Assembly: GCA_964016885.1 (NCBI GenBank)
Contig: OZ024741.1
Location: 66,526,001 to 66,590,000 of the forward strand
Direction: 5' to 3'
DNA length: 64,000 nucleotides
From: Eledone cirrhosa
Taxonomy: Eukaryota
Shown: one piece after another, positions 30,823 through 45,200 of the stretch
How positions within the stretch are numbered: position 1 is the stretch's first letter
How the letters are laid out: every line of letters begins with the position of its first letter
Translations under genes and position numbers: made by a program
Notes under the pieces: generated by a model
Seen by the model: only the letters and a program-made list of their open reading frames with translations
What the model was told of the DNA's origin: nothing
Databases searched by the model: none

Positions 30823-31110
30823 AATCAGTGGTTCTACGAATAAGATTTATTAGACATATTAAAATTGTTTCTCTGGCGACCAGCTCGAGGAACGATAGAT
30901 GCAATGATCAAACCTGACTCTGAAATCGCAAGATCCTTAGATATGTCTCGATTCTACGAAGCAGAGTAAAAAAAAAAAAAAAAAAAAACTCTGCTTCGTA
31001 GAATCGAGACATATCTAAGGATCTTGCGATTTCAGAGTCAGGTTTGATCATTGCATCGATGGTGCCTCGAGCTGGTCGCCAGAGAAATCTTATTCGTAGC
31101 ACCACTGATT
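30823..31110. mobile_element. Fold-back element with a ~20-nt poly(A) spacer and a CUAAGGA hammerhead-like fold
   Basis: Arms ~30823-30967 and 30988-31110. Minus 30948-30852 reads AGACATAT-CTAAGGA-[long stem II]-GAAA-CAATTT-TA-ATATGTCT. Related to 18088-18330. Confidence 0.75.
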
Positions 31111-31120
31111 CTATATATAT

Positions 31121-31980
31121 ATCGGACCGTTTTGCTGAGCATTTGAGGGACATACGTCTCGGTTTCGATACTCCTGTCGCCCGTCATTTCCGTTCTTTTG
31201 GTCACTCTTCCCTACATGTCTCAATCCTGGGTGTCCTTTTACATCACGGATCACAGATCTGGCGCACCAGGACTGAACAGAGTCTCATTTACCACCTTGG
31301 GTCCTATTTCCCTCATTGACTCAACTCACCTCCCCAATTTCTGTAATACCCCGTCTATTATCACACACACGCTTGTACATTCACCCCTAGATTCCTATGG
31401 CTCTCTTATGGTCAAAAACATATTCTCTTACAACTAATACAGACCGACAAAATATGCACACTCCACTTTTCCCTTCGCAGCTCTGTATACACACATACAC
31501 ACCCTTATATTAACATACTTTTGCTCATATTTTCGTACTTACAAGCACACACACATTCTTTTACATACATATACACACACATTCCTTCTTAGCTTCGTAC
31601 GGACGTATAATAACACACAGACACAGACATATATATGCATACGCATGCACACAAGTATAGTTCTTTATACAAAACGGATTTTTTCCATTTCAGGTAGACG
31701 CGCCCCATCATCTAATTTTCTAAAAAAATAAATCATACACAAAACGCCAGCACCAACAGTTTCCCAGAGATGTCAACATGAATGGACCTGTAATTTTTAT
31801 CTAAAGACATTTTTTCCAATTCCACCCCGTCCGTCCTTCAATCTATCTTATTTCTCATTCTTTCTCCTGATGAAGGACGAGCGTCCGAAAAGTTAAGACT
31901 CTCTTCCTGCTATTTCCAACATTAAACTAGTGTATTCCTTCCATATACTGTACTGATTGTGTTGTTATTTCTGTTTAGCT

Positions 31981-31985
<5 letters not shown>
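31121..31985 (+). mobile_element. 5'-truncated Penelope-like element: GIY-YIG endonuclease C-terminus plus 3' region with hammerhead
   Basis: RFAEHLRDIR...PVARHF...GH...EQSLIYHLGSYFPH*LN (31121-31325); CTGATGA-A-GGAC-GAGC-GTCC-GAAA at 31867-31890. Confidence 0.8.
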
Positions 31986-32012
<27 letters not shown>

Positions 32013-32077
32013 CATACATACATACATACATACATACATACATACATACATACATACATACATACATACATACATAC

Positions 32078-33140
32078 GATGTCGCTCAGCAGTATCGCAG
32101 TGAATCCATGGATGAAAAACTGCATGCCTATCAGCAAAAAATCATGCATGGATATGTTGCCAGGAAGCTCCAGAGTGAGAGTAATATAAGATAAGGAAAG
32201 TAGTCTATCTTGGATCAACAACCGCTATATTGGCTCCCACTTTGAAGGATACGCTTTTGCAATCCAAGAACAGGAGATTAGCACAAAATACCTGATTCAC
32301 AAAAGAGATAGGGATGCGGGCAAAACACCTAGATGTGATAACAAGTGCAGACTCTGCAGAACTAACATCGAGGATATCACCCATGTCACCAGCAGCTGCC
32401 CAAAGATGTCATCGCTGTACTATCTACCTATGAGGCATGATGTAGTGGCCAAAACACTGTACAATGCAGTTCGTAAAAAAGATAGCCCCGATAACAAACA
32501 CATTAAAAGTTACAACAATGTGGAAGACATCCATGTACATAATATGAAAGAGTACTGGTGGAATGTTCCAGTAAAAACACCAATAAAATGCAGGCATAAC
32601 AGACCAGATATTATGATATGGGACAGGGAGAAGAAAACATGCACAGTAGTGGAAATTAGCTGCCCAGCAGATGCCAATATAATATCAAAGATTAGTGAAA
32701 AGGAGGATATTTATGCAGAACTGATGATAAATCTGCAGATACTTCACCCTGATTACACCTTCAGATTTATGCCTGTGATTATTGGGGCACTGGGATATGT
32801 TAGTAACTGCCTCAATACAAATCTTGAGAAGCTAGGCTTCACAGGAACAGAAAGAACACAACTAGTTAGGAAATTACAAATACAATCCATTAATGGAACA
32901 GTAAAAATATGTAAAACTTTCCAAAAATTTTGCCTCTAATAACTGCATATACACATGTACAGATACAAAGCATATACACATGCACACATACAACTCAAAA
33001 CATACGCATGCATACATGCAGACATACATACATATCTACCTAGTTGATGTGTAAATTCCAATGAGAGAGTCTTGTGTCTATGTTAGAAACCGACTCTCTC
33101 TCTATTGGTAAAACTTTGTGAAATTATAAAACCAGAACAA
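32078..33140 (+). mobile_element. 5'-truncated R4/Dong-clade LINE with restriction-like endonuclease, inserted in (CATA)n
   Basis: AIQEQEISTK, CRLC..EDITHVTSSC, RHDVVA, NRPDIMIWD....VVEISCP, K..KE..Y, PVIIGALG; (CATA)n at 31985-32077 and 33141-33222. Confidence 0.88.
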
Positions 33141-33194
33141 CATACATACATACATACATACATACATACATACATACATACATACATACATACA

Positions 33195-33227
<33 letters not shown>

Positions 33228-33247
33228 GTATATATATATATATATAT

Positions 33248-36200
33248 ATAAAAACAAATAACGAAACGAAATTAAATTTCGTTTCGCTTCTAACTCACTT
33301 TTGTATGACTGACGCTTAAACAATTAAGTTAAAGTGTACATCTACATATGTATACGGAAGTATTAGTATGCATATAAATACACACATGTATACATATGTA
33401 CATGTATTCAGCTTTTCACTAGACACTTTACAGTGAGTGTCAGCTAGTCTGTATGTAACCACACAGGCGGACCGGGTTTTAGAGTCATACGAGTTTTCAA
33501 GGAAACACATTTCCTCTATTCTCCAGAGGGCCAGACAGGAATATTGGACTAGTTTCGATGTTATTACATCTCATCAGCAATATTTACCCATCTTCCGGCT
33601 TCTCTGGAGAATTGTAAAAGCACATATCGTTATATGCTTTCTCTATGAAAATTAGTAGTGGGTAGACTAATTTGCATAGAACGTGAGTCATTGTACGCAC
33701 CGGTTCAGCGGAAACGATAAAAACAAATAACGAAACGAAATTAAATTTCGTTTCGCTTCTAACTCACTTTTGTATGACTGACGCTTAAACAATTAAGTTA
33801 AAGTGTACATCTACATATGTATACGGAAGTATTAGTATGCATATAAATACACACATGTATACATATGTACATGTACTCAGCTTTTCACTAGACACTTTAC
33901 AGTGAGTGTCAGCTAGTTTGTATGTAACCACACAGGCGGACCGGGTTTTAGAGTCATACGAGTTTTCAAGGAAACACATTTCCTCTATTCTCCAGAGGGC
34001 CAGACAGGAATATTGGACTAGTTTCGATGTTATTACATCTCATCAGCAATATTTACCCATCTTCCGGCTTCTCTGGAGAATTGTAAAAGCACATATCGTT
34101 ATATGCTTTCTCTATGAAAATTAGTAGTGGGTAGACTAATTTGCATAGAACGTGAGTCATTGTACGCACCGGTTCAGCGGAAACGATAAAAACAAATAAC
34201 GAAACGAAATTAAATTTCGTTTCGCTTCTAACTCACTTTTGTATGACTGACGCTTAAACAATTAAGTTAAAGTGTACATCTACATATGTATACGGAAGTA
34301 TTAGTATGCATATAAATACACACATGTATACATATGTACATGTACTCAGCTTTTCACTAGACACTTTACAGTGAGTGTCAGCTAGTCTGTATGTAACCAC
34401 ACAGGCGGACCGGGTTTTAGAGTCATACGAGTTTTCAAGGAAACACATTTCCTCTATTCTCCAGAGGGCCAGACAGGAATATTGGACTAGTTTCGATGTT
34501 ATTACATCTCATCAGCAATATTTACCCATCTTCCGGCTTCTCTGGAGAATTGTAAAAGCACATATCGTTATATGCTTTCTCTATGAAAATTAGTAGTGGG
34601 TAGACTAATTTGCATAGAACGTGAGTCATTGTACGCACCGGTTCAGCGGAAACGATAAAAACAAATAACGAAACGAAATTAAATTTCGTTTCGCTTCTAA
34701 CTCACTTTTGTATGACTGACGCTTAAACAATTAAGTTAAAGTGTACATCTACATATGTATACGGAAGTATTAGTATGCATATAAATACACACATGTATAC
34801 ATATGTACATGTACTCAGCTTTTCACTAGACACTTTACAGTGAGTGTCAGCTAGTCTGTATGTAACCACACAGGCGGACCGGGTTTTAGAGTCATACGAG
34901 TTTTCAAGGAAACACATTTCCTCTATTCTCCAGAGGGCCAGACAGGAATATTGGACTAGTTTCGATGTTATTACATCTCATCAGCAATATTTACCCATCT
35001 TCCGGCTTCTCTGGAGAATTGTAAAAGCACATATCGTTATATGCTTTCTCTATGAAAATTAGTAGTGGGTAGACTAATTTGCATAGAACGTGAGTCATTG
35101 TACGCACCGGTTCAGCGGAAACGATAAAAACAAATAACGAAACGAAATTAAATTTCGTTTCGCTTCTAACTCACTTTTGTATGACTGACGCTTAAACAAT
35201 TAAGTTAAAGTGTACATCTACATATGTATACGGAAGTATTAGTATGCATATAAATACACACATGTATACATATGTACATGTACTCAGCTTTTCACTAGAC
35301 ACTTTACAGTGAGTGTCAGCTAGTCTGTATGTAACCACACAGGCGGACCGGGTTTTAGAGTCATACGAGTTTTCAAGGAAACACATTTCCTCTATTCTCC
35401 AGAGGGCCAGACAGGAATATTGGACTAGTTTCGATGTTATTACATCTCATCAGCAATATTTACCCATCTTCCGGCTTCTCTGGAGAATTGTAAAAGCACA
35501 TATCGTTATATGCTTTCTCTATGAAAATTAGTAGTGGGTAGACTAATTTGCATAGAACGTGAGTCATTGTACGCACCGGTTCAGCGGAAACGATAAAAAC
35601 AAATAACGAAACGAAATTAAATTTCGTTTCGCTTCTAACTCACTTTTGTATGACTGACGCTTAAACAATTAAGTTAAAGTGTACATCTACATATGTATAC
35701 GGAAGTATTAGTATGCATATAAATACACACATGTATACATATGTACATGTACTCAGCTTTTCACTAGACACTTTACAGTGAGTGTCAGCTAGTCTGTATG
35801 TAACCACACAGGCGGACCGGGTTTTAGAGTCATACGAGTTTTCAAGGAAACACATTTCCTCTATTCTCCAGAGGGCCAGACAGGAATATTGGACTAGTTT
35901 CGATGTTATTACATCTCATCAGCAATATTTACCCATCTTCCGGCTTCTCTGGAGAATTGTAAAAGCACATATCGTTATATGCTTTCTCTATGAAAATTAG
36001 TAGTGGGTAGACTAATTTGCATAGAACGTGAGTCATTGTACGCACCGGTTCAGCGGAAACGATAAAAACAAATAACGAAACGAAATTAAATTTCGTTTCG
36101 CTTCTAACTCACTTTTGTATGACTGACGCTTAAACAATTAAGTTAAAGTGTACATCTACATATGTATACGGAAGTATTAGTATGCATATAAATACACACA

Positions 36201-39200
36201 TGTATACATATGTACATGTACTCAGCTTTTCACTAGACACTTTACAGTGAGTGTCAGCTAGTCTGTATGTAACCACACAGGCGGACCGGGTTTTAGAGTC
36301 ATTCGAGTTTTCAAGGAAACACATTTCCTCTATTCTCCAGAGGGCCAGACAGGAATATTGGACTAGTTTCGATGTTATTACATCTCATCAGCAATATTTA
36401 CCCATCTTCCGGCTTCTCTGGAGAATTGTAAAAGCACATATCGTTATATGCTTTCTCTATGAAAATTAGTAGTGGGTAGACTAATTTGCATAGAACGTGA
36501 GTCATTGTACGCACCGGTTCAGCGGAAACGATAAAAACAAATAACGAAACGAAATTAAATTTCGTTTCGCTTCTAACTCACTTTTGTATGACTGACGCTT
36601 AAACAATTAAGTTAAAGTGTACATCTACATATGTATACGGAAGTATTAGTATGCATATAAATACACACATGTATACATATGTACATGTACTCAGCTTTTC
36701 ACTAGACACTTTACAGTGAGTGTCAGCTAGTCTGTATGTAACCACACAGGCGGACCGGGTTTTAGAGTCATACGAGTTTTCAAGGAAACACATTTCCTCT
36801 ATTCTCCAGAGGGCCAGACAGGAATATTGGACTAGTTTCGATGTTATTACATCTCATCAGCAATATTTACCCATCTTCCGGCTTCTCTGGAGAATTGTAA
36901 AAGCACATATCGTTATATGCTTTCTCTATGAAAATTAGTAGTGGGTAGACTAATTTGCATAGAACGTGAGTCATTGTACGCACCGGTTCAGCAGAAACGA
37001 TAAAAACAAATAACGAAACGAAATTAAATTTCGTTTCGCTTCTAACTCACTTTTGTATGACTGACGCTTAAACAATTAAGTTAAAGTGTACATCTACATA
37101 TGTATACGGAAGTATTAGTATGCATATAAATACACACATGTATACATATGTACATGTACTCAGCTTTTCACTAGACACTTTACAGTGAGTGTCAGCTAGT
37201 CTGTATGTAACCACACAGGCGGACCGGGTTTTAGAGTCATACGAGTTTTCAAGGAAACACATTTCCTCTATTCTCCAGAGGGCCAGACAGGAATATTGGA
37301 CTAGTTTCGATGTTATTACATCTCATCAGCAATATTTACCCATCTTCCGGCTTCTCTGGAGAATTGTAAAAGCACATATCGTTATATGCTTTCTCTATGA
37401 AAATTAGTAGTGGGTAGACTAATTTGCATAGAACGTGAGTCATGGTACGCACCGGTTCAGCGGAAACGATAAAAACAAATAACGAAACGAAATTAAATTT
37501 CGTTTCGCTTCTAACTCACTTTTGTATGACTGACGCTTAAACAATTAAGTTAAAGTGTACATCTACATATGTATACGGAAGTATTAGTATGCATATAAAT
37601 ACACACATGTATACATATGTACATGTACTCAGCTTTTCACTAGACACTTTACAGTGAGTGTCAGCTAGTCTGTATGTAACCACACAGGCGGACCGGGTTT
37701 TAGAGTCATACGAGTTTTCAAGGAAACACATTTCCTCTATTCTCCAGAGGGCCAGACAGGAATATTGGACTAGTTTCGATGTTATTACATCTCATCAGCA
37801 ATATTTACCCATCTTCCGGCTTCTCTGGAGAATTGTAAAAGCACATATCGTTATATGCTTTCTCTATGAAAATTAGTAGTGGGTAGACTAATTTGCATAG
37901 AACGTGAGTCATTGTACGCACCGGTTCAGCGGAAACGATAAAAACAAATAACGAAACGAAATTAAATTTCGTTTCGCTTCTAACTCACTTTTGTATGACT
38001 GACGCTTAAACAATTAAGTTAAAGTGTACATCTACATATGTATACGGAAGTATTAGTATGCATATAAATACACACATGTATACATATGTACATGTACTCA
38101 GCTTTTCACTAGACACTTTACAGTGAGTGTCAGCTAGTCTGTATGTAACCACACAGGCGGACCGGGTTTTAGAGTCATACGAGTTTTCAAGGAAACACAT
38201 TTCCTCTATTCTCCAGAGGGCCAGACAGGAATATTGGACTAGTTTCGATGTTATTACATCTCATCAGCAATATTTACCCATCTTCCGGCTTCTCTGGAGA
38301 ATTGTAAAAGCACATATCGTTATATGCTTTCTCTATGAAAATTAGTAGTGGGTAGACTAATTTGCATAGAACGTGAGTCATTGTACGCACCGGTTCAGCG
38401 GAAACGATAAAAACAAATAACGAAACGAAATTAAATTTCGTTTCGCTTCTAACTCACTTTTGTATGACTGACGCTTAAACAATTAAGTTAAAGTGTACAT
38501 CTACATATGTATACGGAAGTATTAGTATGCATATAAATACACACATGTATACATATGTACATGTACTCAGCTTTTCACTAGACACTTTACAGTGAGTGTC
38601 AGCTAGTCTGTATGTAACCACACAGGCGGACCGGGTTTTAGAGTCATTCGAGTTTTCAAGGAAACACATTTCCTCTATTCTCCAGAGGGCCAGACAGGAA
38701 TATTGGACTAGTTTCGATGTTATTACATCTCATCAGCAATATTTACCCATCTTCCGGCTTCTCTGGAGAATTGTAAAAGCACATATCGTTATATGCTTTC
38801 TCTATGAAAATTAGTAGTGGGTAGACTAATTTGCATAGAACGTGAGTCATTGTACGCACCGGTTCAGCGGAAACGATAAAAACAAATAACGAAACGAAAT
38901 TAAATTTCGTTTCGCTTCTAACTCACTTTTGTATGACTGACGCTTAAACAATTAAGTTAAAGTGTACATCTACATATGTATACGGAAGTATTAGTATGCA
39001 TATAAATACACACATGTATACATATGTACATGTACTCAGCTTTTCACTAGACACTTTACAGTGAGTGTCAGCTAGTCTGTATGTAACCACACAGGCGGAC
39101 CGGGTTTTAGAGTCATACGAGTTTTCAAGGAAACACATTTCCTCTATTCTCCAGAGGGCCAGACAGGAATATTGGACTAGTTTCGATGTTATTACATCTC

Positions 39201-42200
39201 ATCAGCAATATTTACCCATCTTCCGGCTTCTCTGGAGAATTGTAAAAGCACATATCGTTATATGCTTTCTCTATGAAAATTAGTAGTGGGTAGACTAATT
39301 TGCATAGAACGTGAGTCATTGTACGCACCGGTTCAGCAGAAACGATAAAAACAAATAACGAAACGAAATTAAATTTCGTTTCGCTTCTAACTCACTTTTG
39401 TATGACTGACGCTTAAACAATTAAGTTAAAGTGTACATCTACATATGTATACGGAAGTATTAGTATGCATATAAATACACACATGTATACATATGTACAT
39501 GTACTCAGCTTTTCACTAGACACTTTACAGTGAGTGTCAGCTAGTCTGTATGTAACCACACAGGCGGACCGGGTTTTAGAGTCATACGAGTTTTCAAGGA
39601 AACACATTTCCTCTATTCTCCAGAGGGCCAGACAGGAATATTGGACTAGTTTCGATGTTATTACATCTCATCAGCAATATTTACCCATCTTCCGGCTTCT
39701 CTGGAGAATTGTAAAAGCACATATCGTTATATGCTTTCTCTATGAAAATTAGTAGTGGGTAGACTAATTTGCATAGAACGTGAGTCATGGTACGCACCGG
39801 TTCAGCGGAAACGATAAAAACAAATAACGAAACGAAATTAAATTTCGTTTCGCTTCTAACTCACTTTTGTATGACTGACGCTTAAACAATTAAGTTAAAG
39901 TGTACATCTACATATGTATACGGAAGTATTAGTATGCATATAAATACACACATGTATACATATGTACATGTACTCAGCTTTTCACTAGACACTTTACAGT
40001 GAGTGTCAGCTAGTCTGTATGTAACCACACAGGCGGACCGGGTTTTAGAGTCATACGAGTTTTCAAGGAAACACATTTCCTCTATTCTCCAGAGGGCCAG
40101 ACAGGAATATTGGACTAGTTTCGATGTTATTACATCTCATCAGCAATATTTACCCATCTTCCGGCTTCTCTGGAGAATTGTAAAAGCACATATCGTTATA
40201 TGCTTTCTCTATGAAAATTAGTAGTGGGTAGACTAATTTGCATAGAACGTGAGTCATTGTACGCACCGGTTCAGCGGAAACGATAAAAACAAATAACGAA
40301 ACGAAATTAAATTTCGTTTCGCTTCTAACTCACTTTTGTATGACTGACGCTTAAACAATTAAGTTAAAGTGTACATCTACATATGTATACGGAAGTATTA
40401 GTATGCATATAAATACACACATGTATACATATGTACATGTACTCAGCTTTTCACTAGACACTTTACAGTGAGTGTCAGCTAGTCTGTATGTAACCACACA
40501 GGCGGACCGGGTTTTAGAGTCATACGAGTTTTCAAGGAAACACATTTCCTCTATTCTCCAGAGGGCCAGACAGGAATATTGGACTAGTTTCGATGTTATT
40601 ACATCTCATCAGCAATATTTACCCATCTTCCGGCTTCTCTGGAGAATTGTAAAAGCACATATCGTTATATGCTTTCTCTATGAAAATTAGTAGTGGGTAG
40701 ACTAATTTGCATAGAACGTGAGTCATTGTACGCACCGGTTCAGCGGAAACGATAAAAACAAATAACGAAACGAAATTAAATTTCGTTTCGCTTCTAACTC
40801 ACTTTTGTATGACTGACGCTTAAACAATTAAGTTAAAGTGTACATCTACATATGTATACGGAAGTATTAGTATGCATATAAATACACACATGTATACATA
40901 TGTACATGTACTCAGCTTTTCACTAGACACTTTACAGTGAGTGTCAGCTAGTCTGTATGTAACCACACAGGCGGACCGGGTTTTAGAGTCATACGAGTTT
41001 TCAAGGAAACACATTTCCTCTATTCTCCAGAGGGCCAGACAGGAATATTGGACTAGTTTCGATGTTATTACATCTCATCAGCAATATTTACCCATCTTCC
41101 GGCTTCTCTGGAGAATTGTAAAAGCACATATCGTTATATGCTTTCTCTATGAAAATTAGTAGTGGGTAGACTAATTTACATAGAACGTGAGTCATTGTAC
41201 GCACCGGTTCAGCGGAAACGATAAAAACAAATAACGAAACGAAATTAAATTTCGTTTCGCTTCTAACTCACTTTTGTATGACTGACGCTTAAACAATTAA
41301 GTTAAAGTGTACATCTACATATGTATACGGAAGTATTAGTATGCATATAAATACACACATGTATACATATGTACATGTACTCAGCTTTTCACTAGACACT
41401 TTACAGTGAGTGTCAGCTAGTCTGTATGTAACCACACAGGCGGACCGGGTTTTAGAGTCATACGAGTTTTCAAGGAAACACATTTCCTCTATTCTCCAGA
41501 GGGCCAGACAGGAATATTGGACTAGTTTCGATGTTATTACATCTCATCAGCAATATTTACCCATCTTCCGGCTTCTCTGGAGAATTGTAAAAGCACATAT
41601 CGTTATATGCTTTCTCTATGAAAATTAGTAGTGGGTAGACTAATTTGCATAGAACGTGAGTCATTGTACGCACCGGTTCAGCGGAAACGATAAAAACAAA
41701 TAACGAAACGAAATTAAATTTCGTTTCGCTTCTAACTCACTTTTGTATGACTGACGCTTAAACAATTAAGTTAAAGTGTACATCTACATATGTATACGGA
41801 AGTATTAGTATGCATATAAATACACACATGTATACATATGTACATGTACTCAGCTTTTCACTAGACACTTTACAGTGAGTGTCAGCTAGTCTGTATGTAA
41901 CCACACAGGCGGACCGGGTTTTAGAGTCATACGAGTTTTCAAGGAAACACATTTCCTCTATTCTCCAGAGGGCCAGACAGGAATATTGGACTAGTTTCGA
42001 TGTTATTACATCTCATCAGCAATATTTACCCATCTTCCGGCTTCTCTGGAGAATTGTAAAAGCACATATCGTTATATGCTTTCTCTATGAAAATTAGTAG
42101 TGGGTAGACTAATTTGCATAGAACGTGAGTTATGGTACGCACCGGTTCAGCGGAAACGATAAAAACAAATAACGAAACGAAATTAAATTTCGTTTCGCTT

Positions 42201-45200
42201 CTAACTCACTTTTGTATGACTGACGCTTAAACAATTAAGTTAAAGTGTACATCTACATATGTATACGGAAGTATTAGTATGCATATAAATACACACATGT
42301 ATACATATGTACATGTACTCAGCTTTTCACTAGACACTTTACAGTGAGTGTCAGCTAGTCTGTATGTAACCACACAGGCGGACCGGGTTTTAGAGTCATA
42401 CGAGTTTTCAAGGAAACACATTTCCTCTATTCTCCAGAGGGCCAGACAGGAATATTGGACTAGTTTCGATGTTATTACATCTCATCAGCAATATTTACCC
42501 ATCTTCCGGCTTCTCTGGAGAATTGTAAAAGCACATATCGTTATATGCTTTCTCTATGAAAATTAGTAGTGGGTAGACTAATTTGCATAGAACGTGAGTC
42601 ATTGTACGCACCGGTTCAGCGGAAACGATAAAAACAAATAACGAAACGAAATTAAATTTCGTTTCGCTTCTAACTCACTTTTGTATGACTGACGCTTAAA
42701 CAATTAAGTTAAAGTGTACATCTACATATGTATACGGAAGTATTAGTATGCATATAAATACACACATGTATACATATGTACATGTACTCAGCTTTTCACT
42801 AGACACTTTACAGTGAGTGTCAGCTAGTCTGTATGTAACCACACAGGCGGACCGGGTTTTAGAGTCATACGAGTTTTCAAGGAAACACATTTCCTCTATT
42901 CTCCAGAGGGCCAGACAGGAATATTGGACTAGTTTCGATGTTATTACATCTCATCAGCAATATTTACCCATCTTCCGGCTTCTCTGGAGAATTGTAAAAG
43001 CACATATCGTTATATGCTTTCTCTATGAAAATTAGTAGTGGGTAGACTAATTTACATAGAACGTGAGTCATTGTACGCACCGGTTCAGCGGAAACGATAA
43101 AAACAAATAACGAAACGAAATTAAATTTCGTTTCGCTTCTAACTCACTTTTGTATGACTGACGCTTAAACAATTAAGTTAAAGTGTACATCTACATATGT
43201 ATACGGAAGTATTAGTATGCATATAAATACACACATGTATACATATGTACATGTACTCAGCTTTTCACTAGACACTTTACAGTGAGTGTCAGCTAGTCTG
43301 TATGTAACCACACAGGCGGACCGGGTTTTAGAGTCATACGAGTTTTCAAGGAAACACATTTCCTCTATTCTCCAGAGGGCCAGACAGGAATATTGGACTA
43401 GTTTCGATGTTATTACATCTCATCAGCAATATTTACCCATCTTCCGGCTTCTCTGGAGAATTGTAAAAGCACATATCGTTATATGCTTTCTCTATGAAAA
43501 TTAGTAGTGGGTAGACTAATTTGCATAGAACGTGAGTCATTGTACGCACCGGTTCAGCGGAAACGATAAAAACAAATAACGAAACGAAATTAAATTTCGT
43601 TTCGCTTCTAACTCACTTTTGTATGACTGACGCTTAAACAATTAAGTTAAAGTGTACATCTACATATGTATACGGAAGTATTAGTATGCATATAAATACA
43701 CACATGTATACATATGTACATGTACTCAGCTTTTCACTAGACACTTTACAGTGAGTGTCAGCTAGTCTGTATGTAACCACACAGGCGGACCGGGTTTTAG
43801 AGTCATACGAGTTTTCAAGGAAACACATTTCCTCTATTCTCTAGAGGGCCAGACAGGAATATTGGACTAGTTTCGATGTTATTACATCTCATCAGCAATA
43901 TTTACCCATCTTCCGGCTTCTCTGGAGAATTGTAAAAGCACATATCGTTATATGCTTTCTCTATGAAAATTAGTAGTGGGTAGACTAATTTGCATAGAAC
44001 GTGAGTCATTGTACGCACCGGTTCAGCGGAAACGATAAAAACAAATAACGAAACGAAATTAAATTTCGTTTCGCTTCTAACTCACTTTTGTATGACTGAC
44101 GCTTAAACAATTAAGTTAAAGTGTACATCTACATATGTATACGGAAGTATTAGTATGCATATAAATACACACATGTATACATATGTACATGTACTCAGCT
44201 TTTCACTAGACACTTTACAGTGAGTGTCAGCTAGTCTGTATGTAACCACACAGGCGGACCGGGTTTTAGAGTCATACGAGTTTTCAAGGAAACACATTTC
44301 CTCTATTCTCCAGAGGGCCAGACAGGAATATTGGACTAGTTTCGATGTTATTACATCTCATCAGCAATATTTACCCATCTTCCGGCTTCTCTGGAGAATT
44401 GTAAAAGCACATATCGTTATATGCTTTCTCTATGAAAATTAGTAGTGGGTAGACTAATTTGCATAGAACGTGAGTCATTGTACGCACCGGTTCAGCGGAA
44501 ACGATAAAAACAAATAACGAAACGAAATTAAATTTCGTTTCGCTTCTAACTCACTTTTGTATGACTGACGCTTAAACAATTAAGTTAAAGTGTACATCTA
44601 CATATGTATACGGAAGTATTAGTATGCATATAAATACACACATGTATACATATGTACATGTACTCAGCTTTTCACTAGACACTTTACAGTGAGTGTCAGC
44701 TAGTCTGTATGTAACCACACAGGCGGACCGGGTTTTAGAGTCATACGAGTTTTCAAGGAAACACATTTCCTCTATTCTCCAGAGGGCCAGACAGGAATAT
44801 TGGACTAGTTTCGATGTTATTACATCTCATCAGCAATATTTACCCATCTTCCGGCTTCTCTGGAGAATTGTAAAAGCACATATCGTTATATGCTTTCTCT
44901 ATGAAAATTAGTAGTGGGTAGACTAATTTGCATAGAACGTGAGTCATTGTACGCACCGGTTCAGCGGAAACGATAAAAACAAATAACGAAACGAAATTAA
45001 ATTTCGTTTCGCTTCTAACTCACTTTTGTATGACTGACGCTTAAACAATTAAGTTAAAGTGTACATCTACATATGTATACGGAAGTATTAGTATGCATAT
45101 AAATACACACATGTATACATATGTACATGTACTCAGCTTTTCACTAGACACTTTACAGTGAGTGTCAGCTAGTCTGTATGTAACCACACAGGCGGACCGG

